Notes: generated by a model from the sequence alone, not told the origin. A DNA stretch of 64,000 bases from Bacteroidota bacterium (GCA_043738745.1 JAYUFL010000135.1:796-64795), one strand, 5' to 3'; positions 29,981 through 40,800 are shown, numbered from the stretch's first letter. Translations and numbers: made by a program.

Positions 29981-31294
29981 CTAAACAGGCTCGCCATATA
30001 AATCGAATTCCGTTGCTTCTATGATTTTAATCATTATAAATTCGCCTGTTTTTACGTAATGTTTTGTAGCGTCAATCAGTACTTCGTTATCAACATCTGG
30101 ACTATCAAATTCAGTTCGACCTACAAAATGTCCACCTTCTTTTCGGTCAATAATACAACGATACGTTTGACCTACTTTTTCTTGATTCATGTCCCACGAA
30201 ATCTGCGACTGCAATTCCATAATTTCGTTGGCACGTGCTTGTTTCACATCGGCTGGAACATCGTCTTCGAGCAAATAGGCATGCGTGTTTTCTTCGTGCG
30301 AATAGGCAAAACAACCCATTCGATCGAATTTCATCTCTTGAACAAATTCTTTCAATATATCAAAATCTTCTTGCGTTTCGCCAGGATAACCAACAATTAA
30401 CGTAGTACGAATTGCCATTCCTGGAACTGCTTCGCGAAAATCTTTTAGCAATTTTGTAGTTTTTGCTTGTGTTGTTCCTCGTCGCATCGATTTTAGAATC
30501 GAATCCGAAATGTGTTGCAACGGAATATCAATATAATTGCAAATTTTGGGTTCACGTTTCATAATCTCCAAAACATCCATCGGGAAACCTGTCGGGAAAG
30601 CATAGTGCAAACGAATCCATTCTATTCCTTCTACTTTTACTAAAGCCTCTAAAAGTTCTCCAAGATTACGTTTTTTGTATAAATCTAAACCATAATAGGT
30701 TAAATCTTGAGCAATCAAAATCAATTCTTTAACACCATCTCGAGCCAAACCTTCGGCTTCTTTTACTAACTTTTCGATAGTTTGAGAAACATTTTTTCCT
30801 CTCATTAACGGAATCGCACAAAAACTACAAGGTCGGTCGCAGCCTTCAGAAATTTTTAGATACGCATAGTTTTTTGGAGTAGTAGTTAAACGTTCACCAA
30901 GTAATTCGTGCTTGTAATCAGCACCCAGAGCCTTCAAAAGTGCAGGTAATTCGGTTGTGCCAAAATACTGATCTACGTTAGGAATTTCTTTTTCTAAATC
31001 GGGGCGATATCTTTCTGATAAACATCCAGTTACAAAAACTTTATCGACTAAACCACGTTCTTTTTTGTTTGCATATTCCAAAATCATGTTTACAGATTCT
31101 GCCTTTGCATTGTCAATAAAACCACAAGTGTTGATTACAATAATGTTTCCTTCTTCTTCGGGTTTTGCCTCATGAGTTACGTTTTTTCCGCTCGCACGCA
31201 ACTGACCCATGAGTACTTCGCTGTCATACACATTTTTGGAGCATCCAAGCGTAATTACGTTAATTTTATTTTTTTTCAACGATTTCGTTCTCAT
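29981..31294 (-). CDS. rimO: Ribosomal protein S12 methylthiotransferase
   Basis: TLGCSKN.YDSE, NTCGFI, radical SAM CDRPCSFC, DSPDVDN in TRAM domain; TAATTTTG promoter upstream on minus strand. Confidence 0.96.
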   Translation of the reverse strand: MRTKSLKKNKINVITLGCSKNVYDSEVLMGQLRASGKNVTHEAKPEEEGNIIVINTCGFIDNAKAESVNMILEYANKKERGLVDKVFVTGCLSERYRPDLEKEIPNVDQYFGTTELPALLKALGADYKHELLGERLTTTPKNYAYLKISEGCDRPCSFCAIPLMRGKNVSQTIEKLVKEAEGLARDGVKELILIAQDLTYYGLDLYKKRNLGELLEALVKVEGIEWIRLHYAFPTGFPMDVLEIMKREPKICNYIDIPLQHISDSILKSMRRGTTQAKTTKLLKDFREAVPGMAIRTTLIVGYPGETQEDFDILKEFVQEMKFDRMGCFAYSHEENTHAYLLEDDVPADVKQARANEIMELQSQISWDMNQEKVGQTYRCIIDRKEGGHFVGRTEFDSPDVDNEVLIDATKHYVKTGEFIMIKIIEATEFDLYGEPV

Positions 31295-31410
31295 AAATAA
31301 CCTTTATTTGGTGTGCAAAATTACGCCTTTTTTTTAATCTTTTAAGGAACAATTTTTTGTTAAAAAAATCCGCTGTTTTCGAGCGGATTAAATTTCTATT
31401 TGTTGATGGC

Positions 31411-32928
31411 TTACAAATCAAAAGCCAAAGTAACGGTTACATTGTTTGTTATTGCACTTGTGTTAGAATAATCCGTAAATCCTTGAGAAAAGAATTGTTG
31501 TTGCGAACTTCGTTTGGCATAAGCATAGGACAAATCGAGTTTTGTGCCTCCAAAATCGTATCCGAGACCTGTTGAAATTCCAAATAAATCGCCCATGATT
31601 TTTTTATCTTTATAAGGACTTTGTTCCATTCGGTAGCCGCCACGCAAACTCCATTGTTTGATTCGGTATTCTGCTCCGAGCCTGAATTCGGCTGCAGTGT
31701 TTAGAATGCTTGCCATTTTTGAATTGATTCCGCTAAAATCATTTTGAGGTTTAAAAGTAGTTTTGGAATAATCTTTTATTGCATAATCCAAACTGATTAA
31801 TCCTCTTTTAGCAAAAACATAAGCCAAACTTCCAGTTATTTTACTCGGTGTTTGTAATTTATATGGATCATAAACATTGGTTACATTTGGGTTTACAACA
31901 TCTGCTGCAAGAACTCCAGCCGTACTACTGCTTACTGCGGTTAGGGTTTGAATTAACTCATCGTTTAGTTGGTACCAAGTTGGAGATTCGTAGGCTATTC
32001 CGGCTCTAAATTCTTTATTTAGTTTTGCTATTATACCCAATTGCATCGAAAACCCTGAACCAAATGTGTGAATATCGTTATTAAAACGAATGCTTCTAAC
32101 TCTGTAATTTGCATCTAAAGTATTTGAATTAGATTCGTAGAAACTGGTAGATTGCTTGTAGTCGTTAAAATGAGAGTTTAAACTCAATCCAAAATAAAAC
32201 GTATCGTTGTATGCCGCCGATGCGTTAAAGGATAATTTGCCATTATAGCCTTTGGTAATATAACTATTTTCTTGATGATAATTTCCGCCAGCACGAACAT
32301 TCGATAAGTAAACACTATTGTTTGGTAAATTTGTAACGGGATTTACGATAAATGCTTGATAGCCTAAAAAAGCCTGTTGGTCGGCATAATTTAACTGATC
32401 ATAAAACGAATCTTGAACTGTGTTTAAAGGTATTCCCAGTTGATTAATACTTGGGTTTGCATTAGCATAACTCAAAAAATAACTATCAATCGATTTTTGG
32501 TTTAAACCCGAGGAGAAAATAGAATTATTAAAATTATTCGTATTATCATAGTTTAGAGCCAAAGCAAATTTTTTCCAACCGCTATGCCTGTCATCGTTTT
32601 TAAAAACTAAAACTATTCCTGCTTGATTTAAGTCTAAAGAATTTTTGTTATCCGTTGTTTTTGTACCTAAATAGTTGGTATTGTTTCTGATTGCAAAATC
32701 GGTAACCGAACCTGCTACTTGGTTATTTGCAAAAATAACCGAGCCAGCAGGATTTACGTTTATAGAAGATAAATCGCCTCCTAAGGCTCCAAATGCACCA
32801 CTCATGGCCCTGAATCGGGCAGTTCCGTTTAAATTATCTTGAGCGTAGCGCAAAGCATCAGATATTTCTTGAGATTGAGCAGAAGTAATCATCAAACCCA
32901 ACATTATAATCGATAAATATTTTTTCAT
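31411..32928 (-). CDS. OmpP1/FadL family outer-membrane transporter
   Basis: GTARFRAMSGAFGALGGDLSSINVNPAG; YESPTW; C-terminal barrel strands ending AFDL. Confidence 0.82.
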   Translation of the reverse strand: MKKYLSIIMLGLMITSAQSQEISDALRYAQDNLNGTARFRAMSGAFGALGGDLSSINVNPAGSVIFANNQVAGSVTDFAIRNNTNYLGTKTTDNKNSLDLNQAGIVLVFKNDDRHSGWKKFALALNYDNTNNFNNSIFSSGLNQKSIDSYFLSYANANPSINQLGIPLNTVQDSFYDQLNYADQQAFLGYQAFIVNPVTNLPNNSVYLSNVRAGGNYHQENSYITKGYNGKLSFNASAAYNDTFYFGLSLNSHFNDYKQSTSFYESNSNTLDANYRVRSIRFNNDIHTFGSGFSMQLGIIAKLNKEFRAGIAYESPTWYQLNDELIQTLTAVSSSTAGVLAADVVNPNVTNVYDPYKLQTPSKITGSLAYVFAKRGLISLDYAIKDYSKTTFKPQNDFSGINSKMASILNTAAEFRLGAEYRIKQWSLRGGYRMEQSPYKDKKIMGDLFGISTGLGYDFGGTKLDLSYAYAKRSSQQQFFSQGFTDYSNTSAITNNVTVTLAFDL

Positions 32929-32994
32929 TTTGTTTTATTTTAAATCAAATACAATACTAAATTGTTATCTATACTACTACGATTGTGAAATATC

Positions 32995-34155
32995 CTATCG
33001 TCTTCCGCCGCTACCTCCAGATCTTCCTCCACCGCCGCCAGAATAGCCGCCTCCTCCACCGCCATAACTAGGGCTTGGAGAGTAACTACGTGTTGGCTCA
33101 GAATAACTGCGTGTGGGTTGTGAATAAGTTCTTGTTGGCTCAGAATAACTACGTGCGGGTTGCGAATAAGTTCTTGTTGGCTCCGAATAAGTTCTTGTTG
33201 GTTCAGAATAAGTTCTAGGTGTGTTGGAATAGTTTGGAGTTACATCTCTAGACGGTGTCGATTCGCTTCTAGGATTAAAACTTCTAGGGTTATCACTATA
33301 ATTAGATATCGAAGTTCTAGGGCTACTTTCGCTTCTAGGATTAAAACTTCTAGGGTTAGAGTTATTATCTCGTGTTGAACCGAACAATCCGTTATCTCTT
33401 TGTCCTGCTACACCTCTCACATTGTTAGTGCTAGAACCTCTTCGACCAGAATTATTGTCATATACCGAGGATTCTCTACCAAAATTATTGTACGATGAAC
33501 CTCTGCGACCATGATTGTAACTATAAGAATTTCCATTATTATAACCATTTCCATAATATCCATTGTTACCATAATAATTATTATAACCATAAAAGTTGTT
33601 ATATCCATAGTTTGGACCATACCAATAGTTATAATATGGGCTATATCCTACATTCCAATAACTACTATACCAATAATTGTTATATCCCCAACCAAAACTA
33701 GACCCATACCAATTGCTGTAATAATATGGATTACTGTATCCCCAATTATTTCCATACCAATTGTTATAACCCCAATTGTTGTATCCTGAGTTTCCATAAT
33801 AGTTTACCGTAACATGGTCAGGATTACTACCCCAACTCGAGTTACTATTATACGATTGATTTGTTGTACCGTTTCCATAATTTGTGTTTGTAACAGAACT
33901 GTATTTGTCAACATCTGTAATTACTTCCGGTTCTTGGTTGTCGTCTCTAAGATTTTTGAAATAATTTTTGTATTGATTATTTTCAGTACCAACATACTGG
34001 GTCTCTGGTCGCTGTTTTTCAGAATTTCCGTATATTCCGTCTTTATCATAATAAGAACTATTTTGATAGGAGCCACAAGAAGAAATTGCAATTGTAAGAA
34101 ATCCAAATAAACTATAAATGGATGCTTTTTTTAAAGAATGATAATTAGTTTTCAT
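32995..34155 (-). CDS. Conserved lipoprotein with long low-complexity, disordered C-terminus
   Basis: Probable start MKTNYH (34155), lipobox ISSC, YDKDGIY motif, then Y/N/G/W-rich, R-rich, heptad-repeat and poly-Gly regions. Confidence 0.72.
   Translation of the reverse strand: MKTNYHSLKKASIYSLFGFLTIAISSCGSYQNSSYYDKDGIYGNSEKQRPETQYVGTENNQYKNYFKNLRDDNQEPEVITDVDKYSSVTNTNYGNGTTNQSYNSNSSWGSNPDHVTVNYYGNSGYNNWGYNNWYGNNWGYSNPYYYSNWYGSSFGWGYNNYWYSSYWNVGYSPYYNYWYGPNYGYNNFYGYNNYYGNNGYYGNGYNNGNSYSYNHGRRGSSYNNFGRESSVYDNNSGRRGSSTNNVRGVAGQRDNGLFGSTRDNNSNPRSFNPRSESSPRTSISNYSDNPRSFNPRSESTPSRDVTPNYSNTPRTYSEPTRTYSEPTRTYSQPARSYSEPTRTYSQPTRSYSEPTRSYSPSPSYGGGGGGYSGGGGGRSGGSGGRR
33082..33216 (-). repeat. In-frame 21-bp tandem repeat (YS[EQ]P[TA]R[TS] x6)
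   Basis: Protein TYSEPTRTYSEPTRTYSQPARSYSEPTRTYSQPTRSYSEPTRSYSPSPSY; DNA period 21. Confidence 0.9.
33262..33357 (-). repeat. Two perfect 30-bp direct repeats, 66 bp apart (NPRSFNPRSE)
   Basis: TTCGCTTCTAGGATTAAAACTTCTAGGGTT at 33262-33291 and 33328-33357. Confidence 0.9.
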
Positions 34156-34256
34156 ATCTATGGTATTTTTATTGTTGGACATTACAAAAATAGTTAGTTT
34201 TGCCAAACTATTTAGTTATTTTTAAGTTAAACAATTTTTGTGCCAAACTATATTTT

Positions 34257-35735
34257 ATGAGCAAGAACCTTACAACACGATCCGAAGATTATTCAAAATG
34301 GTATAACGAACTGGTAGTTAAGGCCGACTTAGCTGAAAACTCTGGTGTGCGTGGTTGCATGGTCATTAAACCTTATGGCTATGGTATTTGGGAAAAAATG
34401 CAAGTTGAACTCGACCGAATGTTTAAAGAAACAGGACATAGCAATGCTTATTTTCCTTTGTTTGTTCCAAAAAGCATGTTCGAAGCCGAAGAAAAAAATG
34501 CCGAAGGTTTTGCCAAAGAGTGTGCTATTGTAACACATTATAGGCTAAAAAACGATCCCGACAAACCTGGAAAATTAATTGTCGATCCAAATGCAAAGTT
34601 AGAAGAAGAACTTATTGTTCGCCCAACAAGTGAGGCAATAATTTGGTCAACATACAAAGGATGGATTCAATCTTACAGAGATTTACCATTACTAATAAAC
34701 CAATGGGCTAATGTAGTTCGTTGGGAAATGCGCACCAGATTATTTTTGCGAACAGCCGAATTTTTATGGCAAGAAGGACATACTGCTCACGCAACAAAAG
34801 TAGAAGCCTTGGAAGAATCCGAAAAAATGATGCACGTATATGCCGATTTTGCAGAGAATTTTATGGCTATGCCAGTTATAAAAGGACTAAAAACCGAAAC
34901 CGAACGTTTTGCTGGAGCCGACGAAACCTACTGTATTGAAGCCTTAATGCAAGATGGAAAGGCTTTACAAGCAGGAACATCACATTATTTAGGTCAAAAT
35001 TTTGCTAAAGCATTCGACGTAAAATTTGCAAATTCTGAAGGAAAGCAAGAACATGTTTGGGGAACATCTTGGGGTGTTTCTACACGTTTAATGGGTGCTT
35101 TGGTGATGACACACTCCGACGATAACGGATTAGTTTTACCGCCAAATTTGGCTCCAATACAGGTAGTTATTGTTCCAATATTTAGAACTGACGATGAGTT
35201 TACATCAATTTCAATTGTAGTAAAAGAGTTAGTTTCTGAATTCAAAAAAATAGGAATAGCCGTTAAATTTGATGATAGAACTACTCAAAAACCAGGTTTT
35301 AAATTTGCAGAATGGGAACTTAAAGGTGTGCCTGTTCGAATAGCAGTAGGTCCAAAAGATTTAGAAAATGGTACATTTGAAGTTGCTCGTCGTGATACTT
35401 TAACCAAAGAAATAAAACCAAAAGAAGGAATTGTTGCTTACATAAACGAACTACTCGTTCAAATTCAGAATGATTTATTCGAAAAAGCATTCAATTATAG
35501 AAACTCGCATATTACCGAAGTCAATTCTTTCGAAGAATTTAAAGAAGTTCTAGAAAATAAAACAGGATTTATATCTGCGCATTGGGACGGAACTGCAGAA
35601 ACAGAAGAAAAAATCAAGGATTTAACAAAAGCAACCATTCGATGTATCCCAATTGATAGAAAACTAGAACAAGGTAAATGTGTTTTGACAGGAGCCGAAT
35701 CTACTGGTAGAGTGCTATTTGCTAAAGCATATTAA
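34257..35735 (+). CDS. proS: Proline--tRNA ligase (archaeal/eukaryotic type)
   Basis: Start [16 protein letters not shown]; [40 protein letters not shown]; TAGTTTTG promoter at about 34195. Confidence 0.96.
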   Translation: MSKNLTTRSEDYSKWYNELVVKADLAENSGVRGCMVIKPYGYGIWEKMQVELDRMFKETGHSNAYFPLFVPKSMFEAEEKNAEGFAKECAIVTHYRLKNDPDKPGKLIVDPNAKLEEELIVRPTSEAIIWSTYKGWIQSYRDLPLLINQWANVVRWEMRTRLFLRTAEFLWQEGHTAHATKVEALEESEKMMHVYADFAENFMAMPVIKGLKTETERFAGADETYCIEALMQDGKALQAGTSHYLGQNFAKAFDVKFANSEGKQEHVWGTSWGVSTRLMGALVMTHSDDNGLVLPPNLAPIQVVIVPIFRTDDEFTSISIVVKELVSEFKKIGIAVKFDDRTTQKPGFKFAEWELKGVPVRIAVGPKDLENGTFEVARRDTLTKEIKPKEGIVAYINELLVQIQNDLFEKAFNYRNSHITEVNSFEEFKEVLENKTGFISAHWDGTAETEEKIKDLTKATIRCIPIDRKLEQGKCVLTGAESTGRVLFAKAY

Positions 35736-35825
35736 AAAAAATAAAAAATATTTTTAAAAAACTTGATTTAACTCTTGTATTAATAAAAAATAATTGTATT
35801 TTTGCACTCGAATTACAAAAATAAT

Positions 35826-35897
35826 GGCCCGTTCGTCTATCGGTTAGGACGCATGGTTTTCATCCATGTAAGAGGGGTTCGACTCCCCTACGGGCTA
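35826..35897 (+). tRNA. tRNA-Glu(TTC), CCA not encoded
   Basis: GGCCCGT/ACGGGCT acceptor, CATGG-TTTTCAT-CCATG anticodon arm, GGTTCGACTCC; TATTTTTG promoter at about 35797. Confidence 0.95.
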
Positions 35898-35921
35898 CAA
35901 TTAAATAAAAATTAAGACACA

Positions 35922-36173
35922 ATGGCAAATCATAAATCTGCTTTAAAAAGAATTAGAAGTAACGAAAAAAGAAGAGTACTTAACAAATACCAACACAAGA
36001 CAACTCGTAATGCTATTAAAGCATTAAGAATGTCAACGGATAAATCGGATGCTTCTGCAAAATTGTCTGGGGTAATTTCTATGATTGATAAATTGGCTAA
36101 GAAAAACATTATTCACGATAATAAAGCATCTAATTTAAAATCAAAATTGACTAAATTAGTTACAAGATTGTAA
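35922..36173 (+). CDS. rpsT: 30S ribosomal protein S20
   Basis: MANHKSALKRIR, IDKLAKKNIIHDNKASNLKSKL. Confidence 0.97.
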   Translation: MANHKSALKRIRSNEKRRVLNKYQHKTTRNAIKALRMSTDKSDASAKLSGVISMIDKLAKKNIIHDNKASNLKSKLTKLVTRL

Positions 36174-36186
36174 TTAATTCTTGATT

Positions 36187-36222
36187 AAAAAAAATGCTCA
36201 CGTAACTGTGAGCATTTTTTTT
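36187..36222 (+). terminator. Intrinsic terminator after rpsT
   Basis: A8-TGCTCAC-GTAACT-GTGAGCA-T8. Confidence 0.88.
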
Positions 36223-36292
36223 GTTTATAAGTTATTACTTTAAAAAATCTATTTCTTAAAACTCAATTTCATATTTTTACATTAAAAAACTC

Positions 36293-36724
36293 ATGAAAAT
36301 AAATCCAAAAAATGGAATCGACAAGTTACTTTTCGGGATGAAACAAAAAGATGTTATAGCGATTTATGGCAAACCTAATAAACAATTCGAAGACGATGAC
36401 AAAAATGTTATTTACGTTTATAATGAACAAAAACTTCGCTTAACATTTTATGAAGACGAAAATTTGCGCTTAGGTTATTTAATTTCGTCCAGTTCAAACT
36501 TAACTTTGTTCGATAAAAAAGTAATCGATAGAAATGTAGAAGAAGTGAAACTAGAAGTATCCAGTTTTAGGTCTTGGGAAAAAGAAGATTTTGATTTAGC
36601 CGAAAATCATTTCAATGAAGAAAACTGGATTATTTTACAAACCGAATTCGGAAAAATTGCTAATGTCGAATTAGGAGCCATTATAAATATCAAAGATGAA
36701 TTCGATTGGAAATTTGGAGAATAA
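36293..36724 (+). CDS. Hypothetical protein
   Basis: 143 aa clean ORF; GIDKLLFGMK...VI.IYGKP resembles conserved Flavobacterium hypotheticals. Confidence 0.7.
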   Translation: MKINPKNGIDKLLFGMKQKDVIAIYGKPNKQFEDDDKNVIYVYNEQKLRLTFYEDENLRLGYLISSSSNLTLFDKKVIDRNVEEVKLEVSSFRSWEKEDFDLAENHFNEENWIILQTEFGKIANVELGAIINIKDEFDWKFGE

Positions 36725-36744
36725 TTATTGAAATTTATAAAAAT

Positions 36745-36783
36745 AAAAAAATACTCATTTCAAAAAAAATGAGGATTTTTTTT
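36745..36783. terminator. Bidirectional terminator between convergent genes
   Basis: AAAAAAATACTCATTT...AAATGAGGATTTTTTT with one mismatch, A and T tails. Confidence 0.6.
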
Positions 36784-36800
36784 GTGCAAAATTATTCTAA

Positions 36801-38420
36801 TCAAATTATAACATCATTTGCTTTGGCGATTTCAATATCGGCGTGAACATGTGCAGCATTTGCTCGTCCGCTTGGATCTTGATTCTCCTGCCATTTCGGA
36901 ATCCATTTTCTAACTGTTTGTGCTGCAGAAATTTGCGGATAATATTTATTGAAAATGGTTCTATAAAAATAGGCCTCTTTTGTTGTTGGAGTATTGTATG
37001 GGAATTCTTTTTGAGCATTTTCAAGTTGAATATTAGATACTTTTGATGAACAATATTCAATTAATTCATCTATCCAGTTGTAGCCAACTCCATCAGAAAA
37101 CTGTTCTTTTTGACGCCACAAAACTTCGTCTGGCAAATAGGGATTATCTGGTGTGTCAAAAGCCTTTCTGAGAATGTATTTTTCTTTGCCATCGTATGTT
37201 TTTGGCATTTTTTCTTCTGCTTTTATTAAGATTGCAGTATCTAGAAAAGATTTGTCTAAAAATGGAACTCTTGCTTCTAATCCGTGAGCCATGGTAGATT
37301 TGTCTGCTCGAAGTAAGTCTGCTGTGAATAATTTCTGAACCCTTTCAATCGTCTCTTTCTGAAAATCTTCTGTAGTGGGTGCGTTTCTGAAATATAAATA
37401 GCCTCCAAAAATTTCGTCAGCACCTTCGCCAGAAAGTACTACTTTTATTCCTAAATCGGTAATTGCTTTTGATAAAAAATACATAGGAGTACTGGCTCGA
37501 ATTGAGGTTACATCGTAGGTTTCTAGATGCCAAATCAATTTATCAAGAATTTCAATTCCCTCTTCGATTGTGAAATGCACTTCGTGGTGTTCTGTTCCTA
37601 AAAATTCAGCAACTTTTCTGGCGGCTTTAGCATCTGGCGCATCGGCATCTAAACCAATAGAAAATGAATGTAATTTTTTACCTGATTCGGCTAATAATCG
37701 TGAGGCTATTGATGATGTTAATGAAGAATCTAATCCGCCAGAAAGCAACACTCCAATTGGTACATCGCTCATTAATCGCTTGCGAGTTGCCTCTGTCAAT
37801 GACTCTCTAATAGCAACTAAATCCAATTCTTTTGTTGCTTTTTGATAATCCTCGTATTCTGGTTTATAGTATTTTACAAAATCTGTAGATGCTGTATAAT
37901 AATGCCCCGGAGGAAATGTCGAAAATGTTTTGCACTGGTCTGCAATGGGTTTCATTTCCGATGCGAAATACATTCTGCCACGTTCGTCAAGTCCATAATA
38001 TAAGGGTTTTACGCCCATTGGGTCTCGACCTGCGATGTAATCGTCGCCATCGACAACAACAAAAGCCCAATCTCCATCGAGTAAATGGCAAAAATTATAG
38101 CCAAATTCTTCGTATAAATGAACAATAACTTCTGAGTCTGATTTTGTTCTAAAAGTATGATCTTTTAGTATTCCGTCTCGCAATTCTTGGTGGTTATAAA
38201 CTTCGCCATTGTGAACCATATAAGCAGTTTTTGAACCTTTTATAGGTTGCTTACCCGAATGCAAATCGATAATCGAAAGCCTTTCGTGACTCAAAATATG
38301 ACCATTTTCTGTAACATGTAAATCGCTTTCGTCTGGTCCGCGATGTGACATTCTTTTAGAAAGTGTTTTTACTAATTCTTGATTTTTTCCTTTTCCAATA
38401 ATTGCTAAAATTCCGCACAT
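36801..38420 (-). CDS. asnB: Asparagine synthetase B (glutamine-hydrolysing)
   Basis: MCGI N-terminal nucleophile, HRGPD, LLSGGLDSS, SGEGADEIFGGY, EARVPFLD. Confidence 0.96.
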   Translation of the reverse strand: MCGILAIIGKGKNQELVKTLSKRMSHRGPDESDLHVTENGHILSHERLSIIDLHSGKQPIKGSKTAYMVHNGEVYNHQELRDGILKDHTFRTKSDSEVIVHLYEEFGYNFCHLLDGDWAFVVVDGDDYIAGRDPMGVKPLYYGLDERGRMYFASEMKPIADQCKTFSTFPPGHYYTASTDFVKYYKPEYEDYQKATKELDLVAIRESLTEATRKRLMSDVPIGVLLSGGLDSSLTSSIASRLLAESGKKLHSFSIGLDADAPDAKAARKVAEFLGTEHHEVHFTIEEGIEILDKLIWHLETYDVTSIRASTPMYFLSKAITDLGIKVVLSGEGADEIFGGYLYFRNAPTTEDFQKETIERVQKLFTADLLRADKSTMAHGLEARVPFLDKSFLDTAILIKAEEKMPKTYDGKEKYILRKAFDTPDNPYLPDEVLWRQKEQFSDGVGYNWIDELIEYCSSKVSNIQLENAQKEFPYNTPTTKEAYFYRTIFNKYYPQISAAQTVRKWIPKWQENQDPSGRANAAHVHADIEIAKANDVII

Positions 38421-38551
38421 AAAATTCTGATTTTATTTTTATTTGTACGAAATACAGAAAAATGTTTTAATTTAAAAACTAAAAATATATTTTTAGTTAC
38501 AATTTATAACTATAAACATATTTTTAATTGAAATACAAAAGTAAAAGTGAT

Positions 38552-39001
38552 TTATTCGATACTTTCAATCAAATATTTAGTCCCATTTATTTCAAACTCA
38601 AAACCAACTTCGTTGCCTAAAAGTTTACTTCCTAAAGGAGATTGCGGCGAAACTGAAATGATCGTTTTTTCATCTACACTAATTTTTGGCAAAGCAGTTG
38701 ACATAAAAAGTAACATTCCATTGGTTTGAATTAAACTTCCAATAGCGATTTTTCTGGAACTTTGATTCACATCTATTTTATCCAAAATTGATTTTTGAAG
38801 TAAAATTTCGGATAATTTTTTATTGAGTTTTTCTTGTTCAATATGCATCATCGAAAGAGACGTTTCATGTTTGTCGCCAGCGGAACCTTTAGCATCATTT
38901 TTTGAATCTTCGGTCAATGCTGAAATCATATCCTGAAAAACATCAACTCTATCGTTTATAATTTCTTGAAATTGTTGAAGGATTTTTTGTTTGAAAAGCA
39001 T
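38552..39001 (-). CDS. GreA/GreB C-terminal-domain-like protein
   Basis: KGSAGDKHETSLSMMHIEQEK coiled coil; GSLI; ISVSPQSPLGSKLLG. Confidence 0.65.
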   Translation of the reverse strand: MLFKQKILQQFQEIINDRVDVFQDMISALTEDSKNDAKGSAGDKHETSLSMMHIEQEKLNKKLSEILLQKSILDKIDVNQSSRKIAIGSLIQTNGMLLFMSTALPKISVDEKTIISVSPQSPLGSKLLGNEVGFEFEINGTKYLIESIE

Positions 39002-39031
39002 TTTTTTATCGCAAAGATGAGAAGTTAAACC

Positions 39032-40786
39032 TTAAAAATCAAATTTATAATTTGCGCCTAAAAGAACTTGAAATCCTTGAACGGGGAAATTCAACCATTT
39101 TTGATATTGCTGATTGGCAATGTTATTCAATTTTAAAAAAGTAGTTAATCGATTGCTATAATTGAAGCCAACGTGCGCATTTACATCAAAATAACTTGGC
39201 AAGGTTTTGATTTCGTTATTTGAAGCAAGCAACGGAATATCTAAATTAATTTGTTGATCTTTTCGCTCACCAACAAAAAAGAAATTTGTACCTGCATACC
39301 ATTTTTTAGAAATTATAAAATCTAAATTCGCTCCCATTTTTATGGATGGTAAATTCCAAGGTTTTTCTTGAATTGAAACTCCAAAACTATTGAAAGTTCC
39401 ATTGATTCCAAAACTTACATTTTTAGAAAAATCGGCTTTTAATTCTCCAAAAAAACTGGATGTTTTTAAATCTTCTGAAACGACATCAAAAGAATTTCCA
39501 TTCGCATAACCATCAATATTTAAGTTTAAAAGCGAATAATTATTGGCTTTATAGAGCAATTTATTTTTTTCTGTTTTATAGGAACCTTTAATATTATAAC
39601 TCATATTATTTGCCAATTTTCCTCGCAAACCAGCAAAAATATCATATTGTTTATCTGTTGGCGAAACAAAAAATGTTGGTGAAACAAACGGATTTGTTTG
39701 TACCAAATCATGATACGAATTTTGATCTAAACTTCCTTCTGCTCCTGCATAAAAAACCATTAAATCGCCAACAACTTTATATGAAGCATTGACTTGTGGA
39801 TAGACAAAAAACTTGCCTTTGTTGTTGATGTTATCTGAACTGTAAAATAAATTCACACCCAAACTAATCGATAAATCATCTTGGTTGATCACATAATTTG
39901 GATTAATTCCCAAGTTTACATAACCATATTTCAAAGGCTCAACATTGGTTTTAAAATAATTATTTTTGAATTCTCCACCAACATAATCAACCAGAATATT
40001 AGTTTTTATTTTTTTGTCCATAACGTCAATCTCAAAAGATGGTTTTACAAAAAAACGATTTTCTGCTGAATTAAATGAATCTGAAAAACGATTGAATTTG
40101 AAACTCATTTCTTTAAAAATGCTTTCTTTGAAGTTTAAATTTCCACCAACATAAAAATTATTATAAGATTGTTTTTCATTAATCGAATTCACTAAAGTTT
40201 CTCGATTTTGTGGTAAAATAGTTACTTCAAAATCCGATGGCAAACCATACCAATTGTACTGTTGGTTTTGATAACCTAAATCAAAATTCCACGAAAAATC
40301 CCTTTGGTTTGAACCATAAGTCAAATCTAAATTAGTATCATAGAATTTGTCTTGAAGTTCCAAGTTTTTGATGCCGCCTTGCGAAGATAAATGCCTCAAA
40401 GCAGCACCAAAATAATCGGTATTGCTGATGTTTTCTGTTACAAAAAATTCCGCATTCAAATTTCCATAATTTCCAATCCCAAAAGTTGCATAATTCTTGG
40501 AAATTTCCTCTGGTTTTTCTTTGTCAACAGTTGCTGCTTTTCCTTTAGATGGCGTGAAAGTCGAAGCAACTGGGAACGAAAAAATGTTGTATTTTACAAT
40601 TTCTTTTTTGGTTGTTTCAGTATCTTCGTCAGCAGGAATTTCCTTAATTTTTGATGCGTCAGAAATTGTTGGTGTATATGGTTTTACGATATTTACGACT
40701 TCGGTTCCAATATTCTCGTCTTTCTTTTGAGAAAAGGAAAATTGAAATGCTATCATAAATATAAATAAGGCTAATTTGTTTTTCAT
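39032..40786 (-). CDS. Outer-membrane beta-barrel (often annotated TonB-dependent receptor)
   Basis: Probable start MKNKLALF (40786); EVVNIVKPYTPTISDASKI; terminal GANYKFDF. Confidence 0.75.
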   Translation of the reverse strand: MKNKLALFIFMIAFQFSFSQKKDENIGTEVVNIVKPYTPTISDASKIKEIPADEDTETTKKEIVKYNIFSFPVASTFTPSKGKAATVDKEKPEEISKNYATFGIGNYGNLNAEFFVTENISNTDYFGAALRHLSSQGGIKNLELQDKFYDTNLDLTYGSNQRDFSWNFDLGYQNQQYNWYGLPSDFEVTILPQNRETLVNSINEKQSYNNFYVGGNLNFKESIFKEMSFKFNRFSDSFNSAENRFFVKPSFEIDVMDKKIKTNILVDYVGGEFKNNYFKTNVEPLKYGYVNLGINPNYVINQDDLSISLGVNLFYSSDNINNKGKFFVYPQVNASYKVVGDLMVFYAGAEGSLDQNSYHDLVQTNPFVSPTFFVSPTDKQYDIFAGLRGKLANNMSYNIKGSYKTEKNKLLYKANNYSLLNLNIDGYANGNSFDVVSEDLKTSSFFGELKADFSKNVSFGINGTFNSFGVSIQEKPWNLPSIKMGANLDFIISKKWYAGTNFFFVGERKDQQINLDIPLLASNNEIKTLPSYFDVNAHVGFNYSNRLTTFLKLNNIANQQYQKWLNFPVQGFQVLLGANYKFDF

Positions 40787-40800
40787 TTTATAATTTATTA

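Noticed and set aside
33160-34110. Several short antisense and alternative-frame ORFs over the low-complexity gene
   Set aside because: By-products of repetitive, stop-poor sequence.
34188-34251. TGCCAAACTAT direct repeat and small hairpin before proS as a T-box or attenuator
   Set aside because: Leader is too short and has no T-box motif; the first copy overlaps the -7 promoter element.
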